Below, one piece after another: positions 48,103 to 57,971 of a stretch of 64,000 nucleotides of DNA. Both the position numbers and the translations under genes were made by a program. Position 1 is the first letter of the stretch; the number at the start of each line of letters is the position of its first letter. The stretch covers positions 1,152,001-1,216,000 of the forward strand of contig OZ252149.1 in the NCBI GenBank assembly GCA_965248755.1, read 5' to 3'. This DNA comes from Candidatus Latescibacterota bacterium (GTDB taxonomy: Bacteria; Latescibacterota; CBDEFO01). The notes under the pieces are model-generated. The model did no database searches and had not been told where the DNA came from. It saw only the letters and a program-made list of their open reading frames with translations.

Positions 48103-50086
48103 GCTTTTCCCTTACCTTGTCGTTTTCAGGATCTATCTGAAGGGACTTGATCCAGTGAGTCTGGGCCTTTTGAAACTTTTCCAGGGTAAACGAAATATCG
48201 CCCAAATGATCGAATATAACGGCGTTTTCCTTATCGTTCTCATTCACAAACGTAACGGCCTTATCCAGGGATTCCTCGGCTTTGTCTAACTGTCCTAGTT
48301 GGTAATACGCCCATCCTAAGCTATCCCAAAATGGTCCGTTTTGGGGTTCTTGGACTAATGCCTTTTTGATCATCCCGACCGATTCGTGCAGCTTTATACC
48401 CTTTTCTATGAATATATAACCTAAGTAATTAAGGGTGAACGCATGGTCTGGATCTATCCTGAGCAGAGTCTCAAATGTGCTTACCGCCTCATCGGAGGAC
48501 CCGGTTCGTTCCAGGGCATTTCCTAACCCGAACAGATAGATTGTGTTCTGGGGATCTTTTTCCACAAGAGAAGCATAAATCTGAATGGCGTCATCGTAAG
48601 CTCCGGAACGGTTTAAAGCTCGAGCTAATCCAAAAAGATAGCTTTCGTTTTCAGGGTCGCCCATAAGGAGGTCTCTGAAAAGTTTAATTGCCTCTTTGTG
48701 AAGTTTTGCGCGGCTTAGCGTGTAGGCCAGTGAAAGTGCAAATTCTGTATTATTGGGATCTCGCTCAAGGAGCGCCCGAAACACAGCTACTGCCTCGGTG
48801 TAAGAACTCGATCTGTACAGAGCGTCCCCAAGCCCATACTGATACTCAACGTTGTCCGGCTCCATCTCCACCAGGGAGCGGAGCGTTTCAATCGCCTCAT
48901 TGTGGGAATCTGCCAGGCTCAAAGCCTGGCCCAGTCCGAAGAGATAGAGCTTCTTGTACGGTTCCTCCTCAAGACGGGATCGAAATAGTTCCACCGCTTC
49001 ATCGTGACGCTTGGAGCGGCTTAACGCAAGCCCTAAAGAGAGCAGGTAGTCGCTATTATTCGGCTGAACCTCTAACGCCATTTTGTACGCCCAGACTGCC
49101 TCATCGTACTTCTTTCGAGCCGACAGCGAGGCTCCCAAAAGATTATAAGCCTTATCGTCTTTTCCCTCATCTGCAAGGGCCTTAAACACGACCTCTGCCT
49201 CTTTGAATTTCCCTTTCGTCAAGAAGGTCGAACCCAAGTAATATAGGAAGTCCCTATTTTCTCCTGTCTTCTCTATCGCTCTGTCTATCAAATCGTCATC
49301 GGAAAGGTATATCGAGGAGAGCCTGTCGAATATATTTATGTCCCTCGGATTCCCCTTCTGTGTCTCCTGGTTAAGGACCTCCTCGTAAAGCTCCATTGCT
49401 CCTTCTTTATCTCCTTCAGATTCTAGAATCAGACCCAATCTCAGCCAGGCGTCCACGAAATTCGGATCGTCAGCGATGACCCTGCGGTAGTTCTTCTTGG
49501 CCTTCGGCATCTTTCCAAGGACCGAGTAATTCCTCGCTATCGCAAAACGTATATTAGTTGGGAGAACCTCTATGGTCTCCAGCTTGTCGAGTATCTTTAC
49601 AGCATCTGCTGACCTGTTCTCGCGGAAATACAGATTGATGAGATCAAAATACCTGTTATAATATCTCGGCTCGAGTTCTATAAGCTTCTTGATTCCTCTC
49701 TCCATTCTGATACTGTCACCCTTTTTGCGATAGAGGTTGATCAGAAGATTGTTCGCCTTTTCAAAGGAGGGGTCTATTCTTATCGCTTTTTGAGTGAACT
49801 CTATGGCTCTATGGTCAAATTCACGAAGCGCCATGTAGTTTCGGGCGATAGCGTAATATATAGATGCTGAAGTCGAATCTAACCTTGCTGCTTCCATAAA
49901 CTCCACGATAGCGGCGTAGTAATTCTCCCTGAGTTCGAACGCTTTAGCCGTGACAAAGTGAATCAAAGCCTCGCTTTTAAGTTCCGTCTTCTCCCCGGGC
50001 CTTGAGCTCGTTTTCAGGTGACCAGGCGCCGCACAGCCCGCGACGACGAGGCATAAGACTAATATTTTGTTGGCGTAACTTCCCAT
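48083..50086 (-). CDS. TPR-repeat lipoprotein
   Basis: Lipobox VAGC; many TPRs; C-terminal LNYLGY...DSLGWAYY...DHLGD. Confidence 0.9.
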   Translation of the reverse strand: MGSYANKILVLCLVVAGCAAPGHLKTSSRPGEKTELKSEALIHFVTAKAFELRENYYAAIVEFMEAARLDSTSASIYYAIARNYMALREFDHRAIEFTQKAIRIDPSFEKANNLLINLYRKKGDSIRMERGIKKLIELEPRYYNRYFDLINLYFRENRSADAVKILDKLETIEVLPTNIRFAIARNYSVLGKMPKAKKNYRRVIADDPNFVDAWLRLGLILESEGDKEGAMELYEEVLNQETQKGNPRDINIFDRLSSIYLSDDDLIDRAIEKTGENRDFLYYLGSTFLTKGKFKEAEVVFKALADEGKDDKAYNLLGASLSARKKYDEAVWAYKMALEVQPNNSDYLLSLGLALSRSKRHDEAVELFRSRLEEEPYKKLYLFGLGQALSLADSHNEAIETLRSLVEMEPDNVEYQYGLGDALYRSSSYTEAVAVFRALLERDPNNTEFALSLAYTLSRAKLHKEAIKLFRDLLMGDPENESYLFGLARALNRSGAYDDAIQIYASLVEKDPQNTIYLFGLGNALERTGSSDEAVSTFETLLRIDPDHAFTLNYLGYIFIEKGIKLHESVGMIKKALVQEPQNGPFWDSLGWAYYQLGQLDKAEESLDKAVTFVNENDKENAVIFDHLGDISFTLEKFQKAQTHWIKSLQIDPENDKVREKLERLSK

Positions 50087-50099
50087 AACTGTATCTCTT

Positions 50100-50408
50100 T
50101 TAATGTGTGTAAGGCGTAGTAGTATCATCCTCTTTTATTCCTCGAACTAGGCCTTTCATCTTCTTGTATCTTGTAAATCCCACTATGAAAGTCGCTATTC
50201 CCATAGGGACGAATATCCATCCGACTATTTCGATCGCGACAGAATCGAAGAACTGGATACAAGACACCCCGGCTATAAAGAGGGTTAAAGCCGTCCGTAT
50301 GTATGCGAGGAAAGTCCTCTCATTGGCGATAACCGTTCGATCCACAGCCAGATAGTCGCGCAGGATCAACCCCTCTTTGATAAATTTGGAATATGGCCCC
50401 TCTGACAT
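50100..50408 (-). CDS. DUF202 membrane protein
   Basis: LRDYLAVDRTVIANERTFLAYIRT. Confidence 0.9.
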   Translation of the reverse strand: MSEGPYSKFIKEGLILRDYLAVDRTVIANERTFLAYIRTALTLFIAGVSCIQFFDSVAIEIVGWIFVPMGIATFIVGFTRYKKMKGLVRGIKEDDTTTPYTH

Positions 50409-50436
50409 ATTTCTTTCCTCAAGCTCCCCTTTGAGC

Positions 50437-51840
50437 TTAGATCGGCGGAGGCTTAAAGCCCCCCAGAGCAGTCTCGATGTGCTGGGCCACAGCCAGTGCC
50501 ACATCCTCACGCCAGGGTCGACCCACCACCTGCACACCTATGGGCAGGCCCTCAGGCGAAGTTCCGCCCCGGACGACCACAGCTGGCCATCCCGTCAGGT
50601 TATAGGTGAAGGTGTAACTTTGGGCCAGCAACTTGTCGTCGTCAAATGTGACGCCGTGGGGCAGAGCAGGATAGCCGTTGACCGGTGAAATGATGACATC
50701 GTAATTCTCCATGAAGGAAATCATAGCACCTCGGAACACATCAATTCTGGCGAGCAAATCTTCAAACTCAAAAGTTGACATCTCATAACGACGCATCAAT
50801 TCCAGAAAGCGCTCCAACAAGGGGTGTATTTCCGCAGTTCCGACCGTCTTAAGCAGGGCTTCTATACCAGATCCGCCGTCTGCACCAATCAGACCGAGTA
50901 TTAGATCGAAAGTCTCTTGGATACATTCAGGGCGATCCTCCACCACCGATATACCCGCATCAGATAGCGACTTTGCGGCTGCCTTCACGGCATCTACCGT
51001 TGCAACCGAAGGAGATGCAATACCGTTATCGGTGTGGAAACTTATGCGCAGCCCCTTGATATCTACTTTTTGAGGGTCACTGAGCGGCATCGGGACAACC
51101 GATGGATCGCGCCAGTCCACTCCGGCAATAATTGAGAGGATCAAGGTCAGATCCTCAACAAACCTGGCCATTGGACCAAGCTGCCACAGCGCCTTTCCCG
51201 CCCCGTCCGTAGGGGGGAAATGCCCTGTGATCGGTACTCTGCCGGTGGTCGGCTTCATGCCGGCGATTCCGCAGTAATGACAGGGGACTCGGACGCTGCC
51301 TCCTGCGTCGCTTCCCAGACCCAGAGGAGATCCTCCCGCTGCGATGATGGCACCCTCACCGCCGGTGCTGCCACCGGATGTGCGCGACAGATCGTATGGA
51401 TTGTTAGTACGCCCGTAAACCAGATTGTCAGTCTCAGCGGCCATTGCCATTTCAGGGACGTTGGTCTTCCCCAGCAGGATCGCTCCTGCGGAACGGAGTC
51501 GGGCCACGACAGTCGCATCCTGTGTCGGCACAAAGGAGGCACGCCCTTTAGTACCTGATGTAGAGATCACGCCAGCCGTCTCTATCGAATCCTTAATTGT
51601 CATCGGCACACCGTGAAGCGGACCCTTGATTTCTCCCCGTGCCAGAGCGGCATCGGCTTTACGTGCCTCTTTACGGGCTGCATCTGCTGTCAACTGCACA
51701 ACTGCGTTTATCTTTGGGTTCACAGATTCGATGCGCTGCAGGTGGGCGTTCACCACCACCTCCGAAGAGACCGTCTTGGTGCGAATTGCCTCTGCCAGTG
51801 CTGTCGCTGAGGCGTAGATCAATTCATCCAGAACTTTCAC
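50437..51840 (-). CDS. amidase signature family enzyme
   Basis: GPLHGVP.TIKD, GKTNVPE, GGSTGG, GSDAGGSVRVP. Confidence 0.95.
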   Translation of the reverse strand: MKVLDELIYASATALAEAIRTKTVSSEVVVNAHLQRIESVNPKINAVVQLTADAARKEARKADAALARGEIKGPLHGVPMTIKDSIETAGVISTSGTKGRASFVPTQDATVVARLRSAGAILLGKTNVPEMAMAAETDNLVYGRTNNPYDLSRTSGGSTGGEGAIIAAGGSPLGLGSDAGGSVRVPCHYCGIAGMKPTTGRVPITGHFPPTDGAGKALWQLGPMARFVEDLTLILSIIAGVDWRDPSVVPMPLSDPQKVDIKGLRISFHTDNGIASPSVATVDAVKAAAKSLSDAGISVVEDRPECIQETFDLILGLIGADGGSGIEALLKTVGTAEIHPLLERFLELMRRYEMSTFEFEDLLARIDVFRGAMISFMENYDVIISPVNGYPALPHGVTFDDDKLLAQSYTFTYNLTGWPAVVVRGGTSPEGLPIGVQVVGRPWREDVALAVAQHIETALGGFKPPPI

Positions 51841-51948
51841 TCCTGTGTAAACGATTGATAGGTGGAGCTATGAGTCCGCTGATCCATATTAAACAGGTTT
51901 TGTAGAATGTTCGGTTTCTAAGTTGTTTGCCTATCTTTTATCATTGCT

Positions 51949-52485
51949 TCACTGACTTGCAAAAGCCTCAATTACGCTTTCTACTTCTTCCTCCGTGAGT
52001 CCTCCAAGTATAGAGCGCCCATGTCGTATATGTGCCAGCAGAATAGGAAAACTCACCCAGCGAGCGCCGATCTTTGTTGCTACGGGTTGATTCTGATGCG
52101 AAGTATCAGCGCTATACTCGCTCAAAGCCTCCGTGCCAGCTGCGTCCAATGCTACTCCTACAAATCCTTTCCGTTCAAAAGGTGTAGATGAAACGATATT
52201 CTGCTCCGTGAAGATTGGCTGATGCTCTACGAGATATACAGCAGTTCTACCTTGTTCGCCATGAAATGTAACGATTTCCCATCCCAAAGGTGGCTGGCTT
52301 GTCTCATCTCTCATCCGTCTTGCTGGATATACTCCAATAGATGGTTTGCGTATTTCATGGGCATCTTGATCGCTCCGTTCTCCACAGCTCAGAGGGAGTA
52401 GCGCAGCCACGAACAGCGCAAAAGGGATTCTCAACGGCAACTTCGCATCCTCCCTGAATTTCGCAGTCCAGTGCCGTCTCCCCAA
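51949..52485 (-). CDS. hypothetical lipoprotein, SecD P1-head-like
   Basis: LSC lipobox; VGVALDAAG..AL...VA.KI...VS.P pattern; start uncertain. Confidence 0.5.
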   Translation of the reverse strand: MGRRHWTAKFREDAKLPLRIPFALFVAALLPLSCGERSDQDAHEIRKPSIGVYPARRMRDETSQPPLGWEIVTFHGEQGRTAVYLVEHQPIFTEQNIVSSTPFERKGFVGVALDAAGTEALSEYSADTSHQNQPVATKIGARWVSFPILLAHIRHGRSILGGLTEEEVESVIEAFASQ

Positions 52486-52493
52486 TAGATATT

Positions 52494-53357
52494 CTAAACC
52501 TTCATCCTGGGATCTAACGCATCTCTCAATCCGTCGCCTAATAGATTAAATCCCATTACGCAGAGCAGTATCGCAAGGCCGGGGAACGTCAATACCCACG
52601 GGGCTTTAAGTATCAACTCTCGTCCCCCGCTCAACATAGCTCCCCATTCGGGCGTCGGCGGCTGTGCGCCCAAGCCCAGAAAGCTCAATCCGGCGGCGTC
52701 GAGTATGGCCGTCGCCATACCGATAGTAGATTGAACTATCAGAGGCGCCACACAGTTGGGGAGGATACTCTTTAATATGATCCTGCTGTCCTTCGCCCCC
52801 AAAGCCCGCGCCGCCTGAACGTATTCCTGTTCCCTTATCGTCAGCACTGAGGCCCTGATCAGCCTTGCGTACTGGGGAATCACCACTATCCCCACAGCTA
52901 TCATAGCGTTGTTTAAGCTCGGACCTATGATCGCCACGATCACTATAGCCAAAAGGATGCTCGGAAAGGCAAGCATCACATCCACAAACCTCATGATCAG
53001 ATTGTCCACGAACCCGCCCCAATATCCGGAGGCCAAGCCCATGGCAGTACCTACGAACAGCGCGATGGCGACGGAGACCAAGCCTATCCTCAGTGAGATC
53101 CTCGCTCCGTAGATAACCCGACTTAGGATGTCCCTCCCAAAATCATCGGTCCCGAAGAGAGATTCCTTAGACGGAGGAGTCAATCTGCTGTAAAGATGCT
53201 GTTGAATAGGGTCATGAGGAGCTATCGCCGGCGCTAAGATAGCTATTAGAAGGAAGAAAAGGAGTATGCCCCCTCCGATTATGGCCAGCCTGTTCCTCTT
53301 GAGTCTCCTCCATCCTTCATAGAGTAGACTCCTTCCTTTAAGACGCTCATTCGACAT
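52494..53357 (-). CDS. dppC: peptide ABC transporter permease
   Basis: FGTDDFGRDILSR, EYVQAARALGA, LGLGAQPPTPEWG. Confidence 0.92.
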   Translation of the reverse strand: MSNERLKGRSLLYEGWRRLKRNRLAIIGGGILLFFLLIAILAPAIAPHDPIQQHLYSRLTPPSKESLFGTDDFGRDILSRVIYGARISLRIGLVSVAIALFVGTAMGLASGYWGGFVDNLIMRFVDVMLAFPSILLAIVIVAIIGPSLNNAMIAVGIVVIPQYARLIRASVLTIREQEYVQAARALGAKDSRIILKSILPNCVAPLIVQSTIGMATAILDAAGLSFLGLGAQPPTPEWGAMLSGGRELILKAPWVLTFPGLAILLCVMGFNLLGDGLRDALDPRMKV

Positions 53358-53361
53358 ATCG

Positions 53362-54366
53362 TCAGGCGTACTTTATCCTCGGGTCGAGCCATGCATAGAG
53401 GAGATCCACGATAAGGTTGATCAAGACGAACGTGATCGCTATCAATAGGACTCCTCCCTGAACGGCTCTGAAATCCCTCGCCTGAACGGCAAAGAGCAAC
53501 CATCTGCCAACACCCGGCCACGAAAAGATCGTCTCAGTTATTATCGCCCCGCCTAACAAATATCCAAATTCGATGCCCATCACGGTCAGCGTCGGCGTGA
53601 AGCTGTTCTTCATAGCGTGCTTCAGGACTACGATCTTTTCTGAGAGTCCCTTCGCCCAGGCCGTCCTTATGTAGTCCTCGCCCATCACCTCTATCATGCT
53701 CGATCGGGTCATCCTTGCTATCACCGCCATCGGAATCGTCCCAAGGGCGACCGCGGGCAGAAATAGGTGCCACAGGGCATCTTTGAAAGCTCTTATATTT
53801 GCGCCGAGCAGACTATCTATCACGTAAAATCGGGTCACAACATCCAGCTCTACATCTGAACTTAACCTTCCCGACATAGGGAAAAGCCCCAGACTCACCG
53901 AGAAGATGAGTATGAATATCAGCCCCAGCCAGAATATAGGCATAGATATGCCTATCAAAGCGACCATCATCCCGGTGTAATCTAAGATGGTGCCGCGCCT
54001 TACGGCCGACAGCACTCCAGCTGAGATTCCGACTATGGAGGCTAAGATCATGCTTGCAACTGCCAGCTCCACCGTCGCAGGGAATCTGTTTTTAAGTTCC
54101 ACGATCACACGCTCGTGTGTCTTTATAGACCTTCCCAAATCTCCTTGTATTAGTCCGAAGAAGAATCTTCCGAACTGGACGTAAAACGGCTTATCCAGAC
54201 CTAACTCAGCTCTGAGCTCCGCCAGGCTTTCCGCGCTCGCTCGTTCTCCCAGCATCACCTGAGCGGGATCGCCCGGCACGAGGTGGATCATTAAAAATAC
54301 CACAACAGATATACCCAACAGCGTCGGGATCAACAGAGCCAAGCGCTTCAGGATGAACGATCTCAT
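53362..54366 (-). CDS. dppB: peptide ABC transporter permease
   Basis: LVPGDPA, FPATVEL, ARMTRSSM, DYIRTAWAKG, TETIFSWPG. Confidence 0.92.
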   Translation of the reverse strand: MRSFILKRLALLIPTLLGISVVVFLMIHLVPGDPAQVMLGERASAESLAELRAELGLDKPFYVQFGRFFFGLIQGDLGRSIKTHERVIVELKNRFPATVELAVASMILASIVGISAGVLSAVRRGTILDYTGMMVALIGISMPIFWLGLIFILIFSVSLGLFPMSGRLSSDVELDVVTRFYVIDSLLGANIRAFKDALWHLFLPAVALGTIPMAVIARMTRSSMIEVMGEDYIRTAWAKGLSEKIVVLKHAMKNSFTPTLTVMGIEFGYLLGGAIITETIFSWPGVGRWLLFAVQARDFRAVQGGVLLIAITFVLINLIVDLLYAWLDPRIKYA

Positions 54367-54370
54367 TGCC

Positions 54371-55957
54371 TTAATTGACAATCTCGACGTTCTTAAATAT
54401 CTTACTCCCCGTCGGATGGAGCTTGAACCCTACCACAGACTTCTTAAACACCGCCATCTGGGTCGAATGGACTAAGGGGACCCAGGGCGCATCACTGTGT
54501 ACGATCTCCTGCGCCTTTCTGTAAAGCTCCGCCCTTTTTGCTCTATCGGTGATCCTCCTCGCTTCGACCAGAACCTCGTGGAGTTCCTCGCTCCTGTAGA
54601 ATGCGATGTTCTGAGCCGGTTTAACCGCGGCGTTTTTGTCCAAAAGGACGTAGAGGAAATTGTCGGGGTCGCCGTTGTCTCCCGTCCATCCCAAAAGGGC
54701 CATCTGATGGTTGCCGTTCTCCACCTTATCTAAATAGGTCCCCCATTCATATCTCAAGACATCGGCTTCGATCCCCACAGCCCTTAAGTCCGCCTGAATC
54801 GCCTCGGCTATCTTCTCTGGCTGGGGCATGTAGGGTCTCGGAACAGGCATAGCCCAGAGTTCGGTCTTAAACCCGTTGGGGAATCCGGCTTCGGCGAGGA
54901 GCTTTTTTGCCATATCAGGATCGTAAACGTAATCTTCGATCTCATCGTTGTAGCCCCACATAGCCGGAGGAGGAGGAATGGGATTTTTAGCCGGGATAGC
55001 CAGCCCCTGATACAGATTGTCTACCAGGGATTTCTTGTTTATGGCGTGATTTATCGCTATTCGGACTCTCCTGTCGTTGAAGGGCTCCATCTCCATATTC
55101 ATCGCAAGGTAGCCGACGTTCATGCCCAATTGAGTCAAAAGCTTCAGATTGTCATCCGATTTAATGTCATCGACAAAATCGGGGATAACATTGTCCATCC
55201 CGTCGATAGAGCCGGTCTTGAGTTCTAAGAACCGCACGGAGTTTTCGAGGATTGATTTGAAGATGAGCTTTACCAATTTCGGAGGACCGCCCCAATAGTC
55301 GGGATTCCTCTCCATCACTATCCTCTCATCCTTGATCCACTCGACAAACTTGAAGGGTCCGGTGCCCACAGGGTGCTTGAAATAGTCGTTTACCCACTTT
55401 CTTACAGCGGCAGGGCTGACAATGGCGCAAAAGTTCATCGCCAGATTCGGCAGAAACGTTGCGTTCTGCTGTGAAAGTTGGATGACCACCGTAGAATCGT
55501 CCGTAGCGTAGATATCCTTGATGATGTCATCCATCCCCATGGACTTCCAATATTTATATGTCCCCTCTACTTTGTGAAAAGGATGGTCCTTGAAGAACTG
55601 ACGTCCTAAGGAAAAGACAACAGCATCCGCATTAAAGTTAGTTCCGTCGTGGAATTTGACTCCACTTCTGAGGTGAAATGTCCACTTTAGCTCATCACCC
55701 GAAACGTGCCACGATCTTGCAAGCCCCGGCTCGATCTCTGTCGTCTCGTCCTTATATTGAACCAGATTGTCGTATATATTGTCGCATACTTTTAAAGATT
55801 CTCCGTCGTCCTCCAAAGCCGGGTCCAAGCCTACCGAATCGCCTCCTCTCCCGAACACAAGGACAGCCGAGGCATCCGAAGAACTCTTGTCCAACGTATC
55901 GCCGCATCCGCTGATCAAAAGGAAAAGCAGTAGTAGAGCCAAGAATCTTGCTGACAC
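54371..55957 (-). CDS. dppA: peptide ABC transporter substrate-binding lipoprotein
   Basis: Lipobox ISGC, LRSGVKFHDG, PVGTGPFKF, MPVPRPY, WTGDNGDPDNF. Confidence 0.93.
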   Translation of the reverse strand: MSARFLALLLLFLLISGCGDTLDKSSSDASAVLVFGRGGDSVGLDPALEDDGESLKVCDNIYDNLVQYKDETTEIEPGLARSWHVSGDELKWTFHLRSGVKFHDGTNFNADAVVFSLGRQFFKDHPFHKVEGTYKYWKSMGMDDIIKDIYATDDSTVVIQLSQQNATFLPNLAMNFCAIVSPAAVRKWVNDYFKHPVGTGPFKFVEWIKDERIVMERNPDYWGGPPKLVKLIFKSILENSVRFLELKTGSIDGMDNVIPDFVDDIKSDDNLKLLTQLGMNVGYLAMNMEMEPFNDRRVRIAINHAINKKSLVDNLYQGLAIPAKNPIPPPPAMWGYNDEIEDYVYDPDMAKKLLAEAGFPNGFKTELWAMPVPRPYMPQPEKIAEAIQADLRAVGIEADVLRYEWGTYLDKVENGNHQMALLGWTGDNGDPDNFLYVLLDKNAAVKPAQNIAFYRSEELHEVLVEARRITDRAKRAELYRKAQEIVHSDAPWVPLVHSTQMAVFKKSVVGFKLHPTGSKIFKNVEIVN

Positions 55958-55980
55958 GTAACCTCCATTTGCCTTTATCT

Positions 55981-56009
55981 ATAATAAGCTTTTGTCATTG
56001 GAATTGCAA
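55981..56009 (-). promoter_or_regulatory. sigma70-type promoter of dppA
   Basis: TTGCAA-N17-TATTAT on minus strand. Confidence 0.55.
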
Positions 56010-56283
56010 GGATAAAATATGGATCGGATATTCAGCTTGACAATCGCCCCGCTTTTAGCTATTAATTGATTACCTACTATCTAAAAAGAGGATCAGACGT
56101 TGAGACCCGAAGGGCAAAATTGGCTTGAACAATCGGAGATAGATCTGGATACTCTCCGAGATCTGAAGGAGAGCGGGCATCTGTCCGCAGCGGCGTTCTA
56201 TTCGCATCAGGCCGCAGAAAAGGCTCTCAAAGGAGCTATTATCGAGATCGAACGAGAGATGCCGCCTAAAACGCATAATCTGA

Positions 56284-56432
56284 TAGATCTATTGCACAAT
56301 AAGAATGCGTTTTGAAAAGTTATTGTAAAACAAGAGCTTGGGAGAGATTTCAAAATAGTCCAATATTGTGCTTCAAGTTTTTGATTTCTTTTGGCTTATA
56401 AGAAATCCATCTACTATTATGCAATACGTCTA
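56284..56432. mobile_element. about 149-bp MITE-like element at left end of the insertion
   Basis: TAGATCTATTGCACAATA vs revcomp of right end TAGACGTATTGCATAATA (15/18); AT-rich, non-coding. Confidence 0.55.
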
Positions 56433-57383
56433 ATCTTTATCTTCCTTCAATTCATATATTTGCTATCTGTGCTTGCTGGGTGGTACCCGCAGCGACAGCT
56501 TGTCCTACCTATTAAACCGTGATTCTTCCCGTTCACAAACCTCTGCAGTGTGGAACTCACATCACAACCAAAAAGCTAGGAGGAATGAATATGAAGATCG
56601 AACAAACAACTTCATCCGCACTTACAGAACTCTGGGCAGACGTGGAACCATGTGTACAGCAATCGAAGTGTCTGGAGGAAGCCGCCCAAGAGTTGGCCAC
56701 TGCGCTGCATACGCAGTTCGATGAGTCAGTTGTAATCACCCGAGTCTTTCTGACTGTTCCTTTCAATGTCCTGCCGCTGACAAACAAGGAATTTGTTGGG
56801 AAACTGGCTGAGTCGGCCGGGGTAGTATCCGAGTTGAAGACGACCACCCCTGTGCTCTCGCTTATCGGGACCCATGGCCAGGAGGAGGACTGGTGTGACC
56901 GCCGTAAGTCGAAAGGTCATGTGGGGATTCCGTTGATTTCCTCGTCCTTCGTCGGCGCTATTCCGATGATCTCCCGTCTGATCAGAGAACTTGGTATACC
57001 TCTGGACTGGGTTGACAGCCACGATGAAGAAATCATAATAGAAACTATAGGAAGTTCGGTGGGTTTGTTTTTCGTAGAAAACGCTGCCGAAACCGCAGAT
57101 CACGAGGGTAGGAAGATAATTGCGGCACAAGACTTTGTTTCCGACTATAACGTAAAAAGCGTTTTTGGCACTGGAGGAGCGTATTCTAGCGGTCAGATGA
57201 TTGTCATCGTTGTATTCTGCCGTGATGTCTTTTCACGAGCCACTGCCGAGCATTTCCTTGCACTAGCGAACTTGTTCCAGAGCAAGACGGCCTCCCTCGT
57301 TGAAACCAAGAAAATTTTCTCCGATGGGTAGAGGGTCAATCTCTACAAGCTGGATGTGATATTTGTGCATTTTGTCCAATAGA
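56288..57383. mobile_element. transposase-less cassette with terminal inverted repeats and one passenger gene
   Basis: TCTATTGCACAA (56288-99) / TTGTCCAATAGA (57372-83), 11/12; internal IR AGCTTGGGAGAGATT / AATCTCTACAAGCT; ATAGA at both junctions. Confidence 0.7.
56591..57331 (+). CDS. conserved hypothetical protein (GAF-like sensory domain)
   Basis: SD AGGAGG 7 nt before ATG; W.DRR.S.GH..IPL...PMISRL...AQDFV..Y.VKSVFG.GG pattern. Confidence 0.75.
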   Translation: MKIEQTTSSALTELWADVEPCVQQSKCLEEAAQELATALHTQFDESVVITRVFLTVPFNVLPLTNKEFVGKLAESAGVVSELKTTTPVLSLIGTHGQEEDWCDRRKSKGHVGIPLISSSFVGAIPMISRLIRELGIPLDWVDSHDEEIIIETIGSSVGLFFVENAAETADHEGRKIIAAQDFVSDYNVKSVFGTGGAYSSGQMIVIVVFCRDVFSRATAEHFLALANLFQSKTASLVETKKIFSDG

Positions 57384-57551
57384 ATTAGGGAAAACCCTTG
57401 AAGCTCCGGAGAATATCCTCTCCTCTTTAAGGCTGTTGAACCCTGAGTATTCTGTCTCCCGATATCCAGATGCAGCAAACGGAATGCCCGAACAAAATTA
57501 CGATACAGCTAAGATAGGAACGTTGGTAGAAGCTTCCGAGAAGGTAAAAGC

Positions 57552-57920
57552 ATGGGTTCATACACTGTTGAAAAAGGCAGGGTCGGAATAGATTGGAAAG
57601 CCCTAAAGAGCTTTGTGAAGCGACTTAGCGCGGAGTACCCCCTTCAGAGGGCAATTATCTTCGGATCGCGCGCAAGGGGCGATGAACTTATAGGTAGCGA
57701 CTACGATCTTATACTCGTCTCACCCTCCTTCCAAAACATACAGTTTACTCAAAGGTCGGCTGAGGTCAGCAGATACTGGAATCTTCCTGAAAAGCTGGAA
57801 GTTTTATGCTATGCTCCCGAAGAGTACGGACGGAAAGCCGAGCAGATAAACATAGTCTGCCAAGCCGAAAAAGAGGGTATTGAGATTCGAGTAGAAAGTT
57901 CAACCGCAGTCCCCAGATAG
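57552..57920 (+). CDS. minimal nucleotidyltransferase (MNT), partner of HEPN
   Basis: IFGSRARGD...SDYDLILVS; overlaps 3' end of the restored HEPN gene. Confidence 0.9.
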   Translation: MGSYTVEKGRVGIDWKALKSFVKRLSAEYPLQRAIIFGSRARGDELIGSDYDLILVSPSFQNIQFTQRSAEVSRYWNLPEKLEVLCYAPEEYGRKAEQINIVCQAEKEGIEIRVESSTAVPR

Positions 57921-57971
57921 ACTTCTATTCTCGGCAGCTGCGGTAATTCTTATAAGAGATTATACCAGAAC

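Larger units (their letters stand above)
56100..57591 (+). pseudogene. HEPN domain gene split by a 1,096-bp insertion (5' part 56100-56287, 3' part 57384-57591)
   Basis: N-part FYSHQAAEKALK...KTHNLI; C-part (not in ORF track) ELGKTLEAPENILSSLRLLNPEYSVSRYPDAANGMP...; joined product 131 aa. Confidence 0.88.

Noticed and set aside
56037..56066. Promoter for HEPN/MNT (TTGACA-N17-TATTAA)
   Set aside because: The -35 is perfect but the -10 lacks the conserved final T at 17-bp spacing; too uncertain to list.
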